Positions 1 through 12,566 of a stretch of DNA of 45,618 nucleotides are shown here, piece after piece. The stretch spans positions 10,324,530 to 10,370,147 of the forward strand of contig NC_057720.1 of assembly GCF_004010195.1 (NCBI RefSeq), read 5' to 3'. How positions within the stretch are numbered: position 1 is the stretch's first letter; each line of letters opens with the position of its first letter. A program made the translations under genes and the position numbers. The stretch comes from Chiloscyllium plagiosum (lineage: Eukaryota). The notes under the pieces are model-generated. The model was not told where the DNA came from. It saw nothing but the letters and a program-made list of their open reading frames with translations, and made no database searches.

Positions 1-180
1 CACCAGAGAAGATATTTCTGAAAGATCGCCCAGTGAACATATTGGTTGGAGTTAGATATAAAAAAGAAATGATCAATCTTGATGGTCTTGTACTCTAGGC
101 CCTTCAATAGTCCGATGGAAATTGAAGATTAAATTGGCGATTATGATCACTATACCCAAAATATACCTCCACTATTCGTA

Positions 181-523
181 GGCAGCATGGTGGCTCAGTG
201 GTTACCACTGTTTCCTCACAGCGCCAGGGACCTGGGATCAATTCCTACCTAAAGTGATTATCTGTCTGGAGTTTGTACATTCTCCCTGTGTCTGCGTAGG
301 TTTCCTCTGGGTGCTTTGGTTTCCTCCCGCAATCCAAAGATGTGCAGGTCAGGTGAATTGACCATGATAAATTGAGCACAGTGTCCAGAGATGTGTAGAG
401 TAGGTGCATTAATCTTGGGTAAATGTAAGGGAATGGGTCTGGGTGGGTTACTCCTCTGAGGGTCAATGTGGACATGTTGGGCTGAAAGGCTTGTTTCCAC
501 ACTGTAGAGATTCTATCATTCTA
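181..523 (+). mobile_element. HE1-like tRNA-derived V-SINE
   Basis: A box tggctcagtggtta, B-box-like ggatcaattcc, body ggagtttgtacattctccc, CR1-like tail. Confidence 0.85.
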
Positions 524-655
524 AGAAATATACAGAGAGATCTCAGATATATATAAGAATAATAAGGTTGTAATCGTAGGTGATTTTAGTTTTCCAAACA
601 CTGACTGGGTCTACCATCGTGTTAAAGATTTGGTTGGTGAAGAATTTATTATGTG

Positions 656-947
656 GGCAGCACGGCTGCCTCACAGCACCAGAGACCCGGGTTCAATTCC
701 CGCCTCAGGCGACTGACTGTGTGGAGTTTGCACATTCTCCCCGTGTCTGCATGGGTTTCCTACAGGTGCTCTGGTTTCCTTCCACGGTCAAAAAATGTGC
801 AGGTTAAGTGAATTGGCCATGCTAAATTGCCCGTAGTGTTAGGTGAAGGGGTAAATATAGGGGAATGGGTCTGGGTGGGTTGCGCTTCGGCAGGTCGGTG
901 TGGACTTGTTGAGCCAAAGGGTCTGTTTCCACACTGTAAGTAATCTA
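656..947 (+). mobile_element. HE1-like V-SINE
   Basis: Colinear with 181-523; B box gggttcaattccc. Confidence 0.85.
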
Positions 948-1042
948 AAACTTTCCTTATTAATTTGTAATGTTCAGTCTCAAGAAGGAGCAAAATGCGA
1001 CCTTCTCTTCGGGTGTAAAACAGAACAAGTGACTGAAGTGAT

Positions 1043-1375
1043 TAGAATTATAGAATCCCTATAATGTGGAAGCAGGCCATTCAACCCATCGAGTCCACAA
1101 TGACCCTCTGAAGAGTATACCACACTAACGCTTGCCCCATCCTATCCCTGTTATCCTGCAATTCCCATGGCTAATCTACCCAGCCTGGACATTATGGGCA
1201 ATTCAGCACAGGCCAATTAATGTGACCAGCACAACTTTCGACTGTGGGAGGAAACCGGAGCACCGGGAGGAAATCCACACAGACATGGGGAGAACGTGGA
1301 AACTGCACACAGACAGTCACCTGAGATTCCTAACACTTTGAGGGAGCAGTGCTAACCACTGAGCCACCATGCTGC
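1043..1375 (-). mobile_element. HE1-like V-SINE
   Basis: Reverse complement of the same family (gtgctaaccactgagccaccatgctgcc). Confidence 0.82.
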
Positions 1376-1496
1376 CTATGAATAGTAGAGGTACATTTTG
1401 GGTATAATGATCATAATTCTATTTGTTTTAAAATAAAATTCCAAAGTACAGATTCTCGGTGGCTGCATAGCATCCTTACCTTTGCATTCAGTTGCT

Positions 1497-1852
1497 TTTT
1501 CAAAATTCATTCACAGGATCAGGGTGTCACTGGCTGGGCTGGTATTTAATATCCATCCCTAATGGCCCCAAGGGCAGTTAAGAGTTAACCACATTACTGT
1601 GGGTCTGGAGTCACGTGTGGGTCAGACCAGGTAAGCATGGCAGATTCTTTCCAGAAAGGATGTGAGTGAACCAGATGGGTTTTTCCAAAAATCCACAATG
1701 GATTTGTGATCATCGTTACACTCTTAATCCTGGATTCATATTGAATTCAAATTCCACCATCAGGCAAGGTTGGATTTGAATCCAAATTCCAACATTATCT
1801 GAGCCTCTGGATTAACAGTCCAGTGATAATAATGCTCAGTCATTGCCTCCCC
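1497..1852 (-). mobile_element. SacSINE1-like Deu-SINE
   Basis: Reverse complement of the family at 20004-20375 (gtgggtctggagtcacgtgtgg; ttgaattcaaattccaccatc). Confidence 0.75.
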
Positions 1853-1984
1853 ATTTAAAGGGTCAGTCTAGAATACCCAGAATGAGGATATTTCTACAAA
1901 AAAGAAAAACTGCCAAGGTAAGGTTCTACCATCCGTGCTTAACTCAAGAACTAAAAAAAAGCATCAAATTTACGGTAAAAGCAT

Positions 1985-2556
1985 AAATTTACTTTCTAAA
2001 TGGTGAGAAAATTAATAAAGCCAAAGCACTGGGAGTGCTAGTCGAGGATTCTCTAAAGGTAAACATGCAGGTTGAGTCCGTGATTAAGAAAGCGAATGCA
2101 ATGTTGTCTCTTATCTCAAGAGGGTTGGAATATAAAAGCAGAGATGTACTACTAAGACTTTATAAAGCTCTGGTTAGGCCCCATTTGGAGTACTGTGTCC
2201 AGTTTTGGTCCCCACACCTCAGGAAGGACATACTGGCACTGGAACGTGTCCAGCGGAGATTCACACGGATGATCCCTGGAATGACAGGTCTAACATATGA
2301 CTTCGAAAAGACATCAGCAATAAGCAAAACACATTTATAGCAACTCAACTCATTTCTACAACTCAATGAAGTCCAGTTGAAGGCCGAGATTGATAGATTC
2401 TTGTTGTCTAGAGGAATTAAGGGCTACGGGGAGAACGCTGGTAAGTGGAGCTGAAATGCGCATCAGCCATGATTGAATGGCGGAGTGGACTCGATGGGCC
2501 GAATGGCCTTACTTCCACTCCTATGTCTTATGGTCTTATGGTCTTATGGTCTTATG
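1985..2556 (+). mobile_element. CR1 LINE 3' fragment with internal deletion/replacement
   Basis: LYKALVRPHLEYCVQFWSP..LERVQRRFTRMIPG; (ttatggtc)n tail. Confidence 0.9.
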
Positions 2557-3084
2557 GCAATTGTGCAAAAGCAAAGGAAAAATTGGCTATAAAAGAAAGA
2601 TGAGACTAAATCTGTAGATTTATGATAAGTATGCAAAAGAATAACAATGAGTGATGAATATAAATTCTTACCTGAAGGAAGAATAATTTCACTAATATAT
2701 GACTCGGTTCAAATTGACTGGGAGGAGTTACTTGCAAATAAAACAGTGTCAGAACAGGAGGAGAAAATAGCACGAGTAGAGGGCAGCTGGGTCCCCATAA
2801 AAACCAAAGGTTGGAGCCAGGCTGGAGAACACGAATTGCGGAGGAGCATAAAGTTTTTGTGAAGGAAGAAAGTAGTGGCTTATTGCAGATATTAATGGGC
2901 AGAGTTCCTAAAGCATTACAGTAAGTGGGAATGGGAGAGGATTGAAATGGAAATTAGGAAATTAAAGAATTGTGCATGAGGACAGGGTAGGAAGCTAATG
3001 AGGTGATTTTGGGATGATAGCGAAGGAAGTATGCTCGGTTTCACAGAAGTCTCACAGAGAGAAACCTCCCCAGAACTCGTCAAA

Positions 3085-3465
3085 ATCATTAGAGAGAAGA
3101 AGATTGAGAGGTGACTTAAAAGAGACATACAACTTGACCAGAGGATTAGATAGGGTGAACAGTGAGAGTCTTTTTCCTCAGATGGTGATGGCTAGCATGA
3201 GAGGGGCATATTTTAAATTGAGGGGTGATGGATATAGGACAGATGTCAGAGGTAGTTTATTTACTCAGTAAAGAGTAAGGCGCGGAACTTCCCATCTACA
3301 ACAGTAGTAGGCCCACCAACTTTCAGGGCATGAAAATAGTCATTGGATAAACATATAGATAATAATGGAATAGAATAGGTCAGATGGGCTTTAGATTGGT
3401 TCCACAGGTCAGTGCAGCATCAAGAGTCAAAGAGACCCTGTACTGCACTGTAATGTTCTGTGTCT
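3085..3465 (+). mobile_element. CR1 3' fragment
   Basis: SLERRRLRGDLKETY...FKLRGDGYRTDVRGSLFTQ. Confidence 0.8.
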
Positions 3466-3948
3466 AAATTGGCAGAGTCAAAATATTATAAGATTTAGCT
3501 CTTAGTGTTTAGAAATGACATTTGTAGACGATTCTAAATGGGTCTTCACCATCTCGGGTGAGAAACAACTTGAGGCAGAACTTCTCGGTCACAAGTCATC
3601 GAGTTGTTGCACTTGATTTATTGACAATTCTTGCACAACTCTGAGCAAAGACTCATTATTTTGCCATCAGCACTGGAAGAGCTGCCAATTCCGCCTTAAA
3701 TCTGTCAATACCAATGAGAACAGGCAGTGAACAATTCACAAGCATGATGTGGCTCACACATCAAAAGCTGTCCAAGATAAAGAAAATTGCTGTGTTTTCT
3801 TTAGCAGCAATCCAAATCTATTGGATTTCAGTGGATACCACATTCCATGGGTCACTGCAGGAAAGCCTTAACTTACATGTTATGACATCAGAGACTATTA
3901 TATGAATCTGACAAGCTACAGTCTGGAAACAATCTGAACACAGCAGTA

Positions 3949-4110
3949 ATGAGATTCCAAATCACCTTTGTTTTGGTGCTCAGCTATCTTCTGTGTGATT
4001 CTATTCTAAAGTGTACCGGAATAAAGCTGGAAAATAATGGATATCGAGACATAATTATTGCCATTAACCCGAACGTTCAACATAATGAACAGCTGATTCA
4101 AAATATTCAG
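3949..4110 (+). CDS. CLCA: CLCA-family gene, coding exon 1 (signal peptide and start of the N-terminal metalloprotease domain)
   Basis: ATG at 3949; 54 codons MRFQITFVLVLSYLLCDSILKCTGIKLENNGYRDIIIAINPNVQHNEQLIQNIQ, resembling the CLCA N-terminus (L-NNGY--I-IAI-P-V); donor CAG|gtgagt at 4111, phase 0. The paralog cannot be assigned. Confidence 0.93.
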
Positions 4111-4363
4111 GTGAGTTATTGACGTGTTGCCTGGTATGAATTAATTATTTTGTTTCATTGTATGTCCTTTAGTATTATATTTAATGTTAAGAATTCAGGA
4201 TTTGCTGAGAGGAGGGGGAGTTAAAGGAATATATTATATATTTTTTCTTTAGTCCTGAACTCACTGCCATATTTCCTCCACGTACACCTACCTTGAAGGC
4301 GTTCAGCTCCTCAGTTGCGATGAAAGTTCACTGGATCCAAAACATTAACTCTGCTTTCTAGCT

Positions 4364-5007
4364 AGGTAAAAACAATGACTGCAGATGCTGGAAACCAGAT
4401 TCTGGAGTAGAGTGGTGCTGGAAAAGCACAGCAGTTCAGGCAACATCAGAGGAGCAGGAAAAGTTGAAATACTATTTGTTGAGAGTATGAATTCTCCTGA
4501 GGATATTGTACAGAAGGGGTCCTTTGCAATTCTGAGAGCATGTGGCCCTCAGCTGAGGCAGGGCTGACTGTAGAGAGGTTAGGTGCTGGCGCATTGCTGC
4601 GAGCGTGGAGTGGAGGATCTTGAAGGAGAACCGTTGCTGGTGTTTTTGAATCTGTAGTCTGTACTGTTTGTCCTGTTCGGATCCGAACTCTGCTGGTTTA
4701 AAGGTGGTCCAGAGTCCGTGTGGGATGAGTTGGCTACGGAGGCAGGCACTGAGGAAGCAAATGTGGCTGTAGTAGCGAGTCTGTTTCAGGACATGGTTGA
4801 AGAGCTTCAGGGCAGAGAAAATGACCTGGGAGTTGTAGTGGGAGAGGGACTCCCTGAGATTCTTGTAGAGAGAGGAGGAAAACTTCTTCAAAGCAGGCAT
4901 CCTTGCAAGAGGATTCACAGTTAAAATCAACGAGGTAAAAACAATGACTGCAGATGCTGGAAACCAGATTCTGGAGTAGAGTGGTGCTGGAAAAGCACAG
5001 CTTTCAA
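4364..5007 (-). mobile_element. Penelope-like fragment (pLTR end repeat and N-terminal ORF piece) in intron 1
   Basis: Perfect 14-bp TSD tctgctttctagct (4350-4363, 5008-5021); direct repeat of about 68 bp at 4364 and 4933; minus ORF ...SHICFLSACLRSQLIPHGL... resembles a PLE N-terminus. Confidence 0.75.
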
Positions 5008-5188
5008 TCTGCTTTCTAGCTGCAAATGCTGCCAAACCTGCAGAGATTTTCCAGCAATTTCTCATTTTGTTTCTGATTTTCAGCATCCATGATTCTCTGT
5101 GCTTTTTAAAATTATATTTGTTTCCCTCTCACCATTTGATGAGTGAGTGGAGCTGTTTTGATATTAAAACTGGGTTTTTGTTTTACAG

Positions 5189-5332
5189 GAAATAGTGACT
5201 GCAGCCTCCTCCTACCTTCACCGAGCAACCAAACAGCGAGTTTATTTCGCAGATGTGAAAATCCTGCTGCCTGTAACATGGCCGGTTAGTTCCCATGTGG
5301 TTCAGAGACTGACAACTGAGTCCTATGAGAAG
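5189..5332 (+). CDS. CLCA: CLCA coding exon 2
   Basis: Acceptor ttttgttttacag; EIVTAASSYLHRATKQRVYFADVKILLPVTWPVSSHVVQRLTTESYEK (CLCA AS-YL--AT--R-YF--V-IL-P-TW pattern); donor gtaagg; 144 nt, phase 0/0. Confidence 0.95.
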
Positions 5333-5732
5333 GTAAGGACAGAGGGTGAAGAGTAACAATTACCCAGAATCTCCTCCTGCTCAGCTGCTGAGGCCTCACA
5401 TCTGCAATGGAGTGGCTTTTATTTTGCACTGCTGATCTAGCAGCAGCAACTCTGGGGCAATTTTCACAGGATCTGAGATTTGAGAAATGTTTTCTTAAGC
5501 ATGTATGTTAACCCCTGAAGATTATCTATTGCTGAAAAGCTGACAGGGAATACTTTCGATGTGATGGTGTCAGCCATTGAATATGCTGTGGAGATGATGG
5601 GGTTGGACTTAGCTGGACAAAGTTAAAAATCACACAACACCAGGTTATAGTTTATTTGGAGGTACAAACTTTTGGACTGCTGCTCCTTCATCAGGTAGTG
5701 AGTGGGTCAGGATCTTAAGACACTGAACAGAA

Positions 5733-6651
5733 TACAAAACTGGGTGGCAGGGTGAAATGTGAGGAGGATGGTAGGAGATTACAGGGTGACCTGGACAGGT
5801 TAGGTGAGTGGACGGATGCATGGCAGATGCAGTTTAATGTGGATAAATGTGTGGTTATCCACTTTGGTGGCAAGAACAGAAAGGCAGATTACTACCTAAA
5901 TGGAGTCAAGTTAGGTAAAGGGACAGTACAACGAGTTCTAGGTGTTCTTGTACATCAGTCAATGAAAGCAAGCATGCAGGTACAGCAGGCAGTGAAGAAA
6001 GCTAACAGCATGCTGGCCTTCATAACAAGAGGAATTGAGTATAGAAGCAAAGAGGTCCTTCTGCAGCTGTACAGGGCCCTGGTGAGACTGCACCTGGAAT
6101 ATTGTGCGCAGTTTTGGTCTCCAAATTTGAGGAAAGAAATTCTGGCTATTGAGGGAATGCAGCGTAGGTTCACGAGGCCAATTCCCAGAATGGCAGGACT
6201 GTCTTACGCTGAGCGATTGGAGCAACTGGGCTTATATATGCTTGAGTTCAGAAGGCTGAGAGGGGATCTGATTGAGACATATAAGATTATTAAAGGATTG
6301 GACACTCTGGAGGCAGGAAGCATGTTTCCGCTGATGGATGAGTCCCGAACCAGAGGACACAGTTTAAAAATAAGTGGTCGGCCACTTAGAACAGAGTTGA
6401 GGAGAAACTTCTTCACCCAGAGAATGGTGGGTGGATGGAATACTCTGCCCCTGAAGGCTGTGGAGGCCAAGTCTCTGGATACTTTCAAGAAAGAGTTGGA
6501 TAGAGCTCTTAAGGATAGTGGAATCAAGGGTTATGGAGATAAGGCAGGAACAGGATACTGATTGAGGATGATCAGCTTTGATCATAATGAATGGTGGTGC
6601 TGGCTCGAAGGGCAGAATGGTCTACTCCTGCACCTATTGTCTATTGTCTAT
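5733..6651 (+). mobile_element. CR1 LINE 3' fragment (C-terminal RT region)
   Basis: ORF 5752-6561 (LQGDLDRL..WQMQFNVDKC..LEYCAQFWSP..RTRGHSLK..FFTQR); (attgtct)n tail. Confidence 0.92.
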
Positions 6652-6992
6652 AATAATTTCCCTTTCTATTACACAACATTCTGGAATTTACACTGGTGCT
6701 TTGGCAAATAATTTTGCAACCTTCTCCACTCCAGTCTGAAAAGAATACATGAGTTATTCAGAAATGATAACTTTACCAGAGTGTTTGATATAACGTAGTG
6801 GTCAGACTCATCTCGCACACTTCAAATGGATGGTTATTTATAAGTATTACTGTTTTTCTATTTCATCCCTTGAGGATTCTCTTGTGTCAGTTTGAATGCC
6901 TAAACCAGAGCGATTAGTGCAGGTGAAAGGATCGTGTGATCTTGGAGCCCAGATGAGCCTGTTGAAATTTAGGAAGACTCCAAAGTAGTTCT

Positions 6993-7215
6993 GGGTGCCA
7001 TGGTGGCTCAGTGGTTAGCCCTGCCATTTCACAGCACCAGGGCCTGGATTCGATTCCACCCTCGGGTGAATCTGTGTGGAGTTTGCACATTCTCCCTGTG
7101 TCTGCATGGGTTTCCTTCAGGTGCTCTGGTTTCCTCTCACAGTCTGGAATGTGCAGTGAGGTGGATTAGCCATGGTAAATTTCGGGGTGACAGAGATAGA
7201 GTATGGGGGTGAGTC
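6993..7215 (+). mobile_element. HE1-like V-SINE, partial
   Basis: Same head and V-domain body. Confidence 0.8.
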
Positions 7216-7695
7216 TATCCTGGTCAGCTCAGGTTATATGCTCAGGCTGCATGTAGAAATCAACTCCATAAGCAAAGCCAGGATGAATATCGAGCCCATT
7301 CCAAAATAGAAAAGGGAAAAATAAATTCTGAAGCAATTATGAGGAGCAAATTACTGCAGATACTGGAATCTGTACTGAAAACAAAAAATGCTGGAAATCA
7401 CAATGGTACCCAGCAAGAGGCTGGAAGAACAGAGCAAGTCAGGCAGCATCAAGAGGTGGAGAAGTCAATGTTTCAGGTGTAACCCTTCTTTATGGGTCAG
7501 GCAGCATCTGTCTCTCCAGAACAAGCTAATATTTCGAGTCTAGATAACTCTTCATCAGAGCTGATGTGAAGTATGCAGTGGTATGGGATGGAGTGCTGGG
7601 GGAGAAAAGGTGCTGATAGTGCAGAGTAAGTGATCAGAATGTGAGACTGGCAGGAAATTGGTGTTTCCAACTTCTTTTCAAGGTGAGGGCGATTG

Positions 7696-7918
7696 GTGAC
7701 GTAAAATGGAACAAGTAAAGCTGTGATGTGGAGTTAGTGTTGGACTGGGGTGGACAAATTTAGAAATCACACAACGCCAGGTTATTGTCCAACAGGTTTA
7801 TTTGGAAGTGCTAGCTTTTGGAGCACTGCTCCTTCATCAGGTGGCCACTAAATTTGTCCACCCCAGTCCAACACTAGTTCCTCCACATCATAGCTTTCCT
7901 TGTTCCATTTTATGTCAC
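7696..7918. repeat. Palindromic Penelope-derived (MER6-like) element
   Basis: Inverted arms of about 70 bp (7696-7763 and 7848-7918) around aaatcacacaacgccaggtt...ccttcatcagg; related partial copy at about 5605-5700. Confidence 0.7.
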
Positions 7919-8236
7919 TGGAAGGGATAGAAAAGATGCATAGAAGAATGCATCTGAAAATTGAAGCAGAATAATTTATAATGATGAAAAGCTTATGGCT
8001 TTTTTTATCTGAATGCATACAGCATTTGTATCGTGTAGATGATGGCCTTGGGATACTATTGCTTCAGTATTAATCTGGAGATGCAGTAATGTTCTGGGAC
8101 ATGGGTTCCAATCCCACCATGACAGATGGTGGAGTTTGAAAACAATTTTAAAAATCAGAAATTAAGAATCTGATGATGAGAAACAACCCATCTAGTTCAC
8201 CAATGTCCTTTAGATCATCCGACAATGGAGTGTAAT

Positions 8237-8593
8237 TCATAGAATCCCTGCAGAATAGGATCCCCTACAGTGTGGAAACAGGCCATTTTGGCCCAATATG
8301 TCCACACTGACCCTCTGAAGAGCAACCCAATCAGCCCCACATCCCACCCCACATTCATTCCAAACCAATGCACCCAACCGACACATCCCGAACACTTTGG
8401 GCAATTTAGCATGGCTAATTCACCTGCACATCTTTTTGATTGTGGGAGGAAACCGGGGCACCTGGAGGAAACCCAGGTTTCCTGGCACAGGCATGGGAAG
8501 AATGTGCAAACTCCACACAGACAGATGCCTGAGGCAGGAATCAAACCCGGGTCCCTGGTGTGGTGAGGCATCAGTGCTAACCACTGAGCCACC
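8237..8593 (-). mobile_element. HE1-like V-SINE
   Basis: Reverse complement of the same family. Confidence 0.82.
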
Positions 8594-10000
8594 ATACTGA
8601 CCCTAACTGAGTCACTGTGCCACCCCAGCCGTTCAGCCCATTAAGTCTGCTTTGTAATTTGATATGTTTCTCAACTCCATTTTCCTGTGATCCCTGATCC
8701 CCTTACTAACCAAGTTTCTGTCTATCCTGGTTTTAAATGCATTCAATAACCTGGCTTTGACAGCCTTCTCCAGGAACACATTCCCCAGAATAACCACTCT
8801 GTGGCTGAAGGAATTCCTGAAGGGTCATTCCCTTAATCTGAGCCGGTGTCCTTGTGTCCTAGTCTCTCCTATTATGGAAACATCTCATCCACGTCTCCTC
8901 TATCCAGGCCTCTCAGAATTCTTTAATTTCAATCAGATTCCCTATTAACCTTCTAAACTCCATTGAGTACAGAGCTAAAGTCTTTGAGTGCTCCACATAT
9001 AATAAACCCTCCACCCCCAGAATCAATCTTGTAAAACTCCTCTGGCAATCCTCTAAGGCCAATGTGTCCCTCCTTACATATAGGGTCCAAAGTTGCTTAC
9101 ATTATATTTCAAATATGTTCTGGCCAGAGCTTTATTCAGCCTCAGTAATACATTCCTAATCTTATATTCTAGCTTCAGGGATGTAAACTGCCATTCCATA
9201 GTCGCTCATGAGAAGGTCGTAGCCAGTTGCCTTCTTGATTTGCTGAAGTGCATGTGTGTTCAGTAGAAGGAATTTTGTGATTTCACCCAGTAACACTGAA
9301 GGAATGGGAACATATTTCTATGTCAGAATGGTGAGTAGCTTGGAGAGGAACTTGTACGTGGTGGTGGTCTCATACATATGCTGTCCTTGTCCTTTGAGAT
9401 GTAGGTTGAAGGTTGGAGGTGCTGCTTCAGGATCTTTGGTGAATTTCTGCAGTGCATCTTGTAGACAGTACACACTGTGGCTACTGAGTGTTGGATGCTT
9501 GTGGATGTGGTGCCAATCAAGCTGACTGCTTTGTCCTGAATGAAATCAAGCTTCTTGAGTATTGTTGGAGCTGTACTCATCCAATGAAGTCAGGGGTATT
9601 CCATCACACTCCTGACTTGTTGCTTGTAGAAGGTGGACAGGCTTTGGGGAGTCAGGAGATGACTTACTGACTGCAGGATTCCGAGCCACTGACTGGCTGT
9701 TTTAGCCACGGTATTTATATAGCTAATCCAGTTCAGTTTTTGACCAATGGTCACCCCAAGATGTTGATAGTAGGTGATTCAGTGGCTGTAATATCAAGGG
9801 GCAATGTTTAGATTCTTTCTTGTAGGAGATGGTCTTTGCCTGACATGGATGGACAAGCATTGTACACAGTTCAAAAGAGATTCACCAGGCTGGTTCCTGG
9901 GCTGAAGGGGCTGACTGATCAAGAATGGTTAAACAGGGTAGAGATCAGAAGAATGATGTGTGTATTCTTATTGGAACATACAACATTCTGAGGGGACTTG

Positions 10001-10600
10001 TCTAATGGGACTACAGCTTTAAGAGATGTGGTTTGTCCTTTTTCTTTGAAGAAAAGTTGAGACAGAGGAATCCACGAGTCTGCTCGAGTCAATAAAGTAA
10101 ACAGCTCATGAGGCTTGAGGTTTTTTTTTAAAAAGTTGGAACAACAGAACGGGTGGGGTCAAGCTTCCACAGAAAGCAATTGCCAGCTGGGTCCTTGAAG
10201 CTGGATGTTTTTCCTCTCACGATTACGGCTAAAACCTCAGGTTCTCTTCCTGCTACTAGAATTGAACATGAGACAATCTATTTTAATGATTTTGCCTTTG
10301 CTTAGGGAGTATTCTTGGGATTTGCTCTATTGGAACAATTAATTAGTAGTTGTTAATGCATATATATTATGTTATGAAGTATTTAAATAAGACTTACAGT
10401 TAGGCCAATTCTATTCTACTGTTTTTATTGTCTGTATTTTAAATGCAGTATGAAAATGAAGTGTGGGTTGCTTAAAGTCAAATAGTTTGACCAATCAAAT
10501 GGCATCTGGAACACAACACCTTACATTTAACTTAAGAAAGGTCAGGGTCTAGGCTATCTTTTCAAAATATGTTTGAGCTTGTTTGGTCCTGTCCATAATA
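10001..10600 (+). mobile_element. Degenerate solo LTR inserted in a CR1 3' fragment
   Basis: Ends ...gtccataata, like the reverse complement of the 27957 terminus (gtccataaca); imperfect TSD cttg/attg; the CR1 phrase ggggacttg|acagag is split around it. Confidence 0.55.
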
Positions 10601-11696
10601 ATTGACAGAGCAGATATTGAGAAGTTGCATCCATTTGTGGAGGACCTCTAACGTGTTCCACTTTAAAGGAACATTGGGGGGAAATAGTTGAGATTGGCCT
10701 ACTCTTGCTCCTTTGTTTTGTCTTCTTATCTTCTCACAATGATGGTGACATCTATGTCCTGTGAGAGAATACATTTTAAAGAACGGTGCCATTTTGTTTG
10801 TAGTCCATAAGGAAAATCCACATTTTCCAATTATGTAACAGATTATTATTTCCTCAACCACATAGAAAATGAAATCATCCACTTTGGAGGACGAAGGACT
10901 AATTCTTCTGTTTTTACAGCTTATTTCTTTTTTCTACACTAAGAAAATCTGCAATGTGCAACATTTAATCTTATTTTGTATGTTCTATGCCATAGTAGAA
11001 TTACTGCAATTTTTAACTTTTAACTGTGTTTTTCTTTCTACCTTATTTTTAAGATTCTGTACCTAGGTACTTGTACCTAAGATGGCACCTTGTGTGGCAA
11101 CATTATACACTTTTCACTGTACTCCTGTACCTTTGTACATGAGGTACGTGTGAAAATAAAATCAAAATTAGATTAAATCATTGGGTGAGAGTGTAACATT
11201 GGATCTGAGGAACGTTCCTTGTCCTTTCACAACTGGCACACTATATCATTAAATCAAACAACTGTTTAAACTCGTGGAGGGTTATAAATAAAATACAGTC
11301 AGTAATAAACATGGTCAAAATTTCAGAATAAGCGTACTTACTCAAAGAATAGGGAGAATATGAAACTGTCAGGGAAATGGTCTGAGTATTAGTTTTACAC
11401 AGTAACTGAGCAAGAAAACCAAAACCAAAAAGCACACTGAAGAGTTCCAGACAGAATATTTAACACCAATGATTAGGTGCCTCCATTAAGGTTTATCAAT
11501 CTTCAAGTTAAACCCATCATTTCAAATGTATTACTTCCACCTTACTGTGTAACTCACCATCACTGGACTAGATGAGGTGAACTCCGTCATCCATTTAAGG
11601 GGATGCTGTATAAACAAATCGGCGAAAAAGGAATAGAAGGTTATGCTAATAGGGTCAGATGAAGGAGCTTCATGTGGAGCATGAGCACAGGTATAG

Positions 11697-12035
11697 GGAG
11701 GTGATGTCTTAGTGATATTGTTACCGGAATCTTAGTCAAGAGACCAAGGGAATGTTTTGGCACTTGGGTTCAAAGCTCACTATAGCCGATAGTGGAATTT
11801 GAATTCAATTTTTTAAATTCCTGGAATTAGAGGTATTAAGTTGACCCTGATTATGAAGAAAACCCATCTCATTCACTTATGCCCATTAGGGAAGGAAGCT
11901 GCCATCCTCACCTGGTCTCTCCTACACGTGACTCCAGACCCACAGCAATGTGATTGAGTCTTAACTGGCCTCTGGGTAATAAGTGCTGCCCTCGCCAATA
12001 ATGCCCACATCCTGTGAATGAATGAATGAATAAAA
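11697..12035 (+). mobile_element. SacSINE1-like Deu-SINE
   Basis: gtggaatttgaattcaa...gtgactccagacccacagcaatgtg...(aatg)n aataaaaa. Confidence 0.75.
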
Positions 12036-12566
12036 AGAAGTAGACAAATGGAATCCAATTGTCTCTTTCTGTGCACTACATTCTATGCTAATGTTTTCAC
12101 TGGGTCAGATTCGATGGCCAGGAAGGACATGATCCTATTAAAAACAATGAACTGTCCAAAAAGATATGAGTAGTCCATGTACATACCATGGGAAAATAAC
12201 CATAAGTTCATTAGTGGTCATAGCAAGACAGATTTTGTTTTTAGCTGATTTTGTCAAGGGTAAGAATGGCTTGAGATTTTGTCCACACAAGGTGTACATT
12301 GCAACATATGAATATGAATTATTTTATGATATCCCATCATTCCCAGCTGAAACGTTCTACTTATAACAGATGGCAGTCTTCACACCAATTGTTAAATTAT
12401 GAGTGTGCCCTTAAATTCCCACAACCCTCTCCCTCCAACTAAAATATTTCCTGTAATAACTAAAGAGATAATTCTGTGAAATTAAGCTATCACTGTAGAG
12501 ACTTGCCAATTGGGAAGCCCATCATGATTTCACTCCTCATAGACACCAGGCATGATGAACAGAAAA

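Larger units (their letters stand above)
1..2640 (+). mobile_element. Old CR1 ORF2 (endonuclease region) broken up by later SINE/LINE insertions
   Basis: Pieces such as gttgtaatcgtaggtgattttagttttccaaacactgactgg (VVIVGDFSFPNTDW) lie between younger repeats. Confidence 0.6.

Noticed and set aside
181..250. tRNA-like sequences with A/B boxes (also 6993, 20004, 31039)
   Set aside because: SINE heads continuing into SINE bodies, not tRNA genes.
3770..3905. GATA site (agataa) and TATA-like tattata upstream of the CLCA ATG
   Set aside because: Short motifs expected by chance in AT-rich DNA; the transcription start is unknown.
6993..8593. Inverted HE1-like SINE pair as a functional dsRNA
   Set aside because: Expected at this SINE density, and the copies are diverged.
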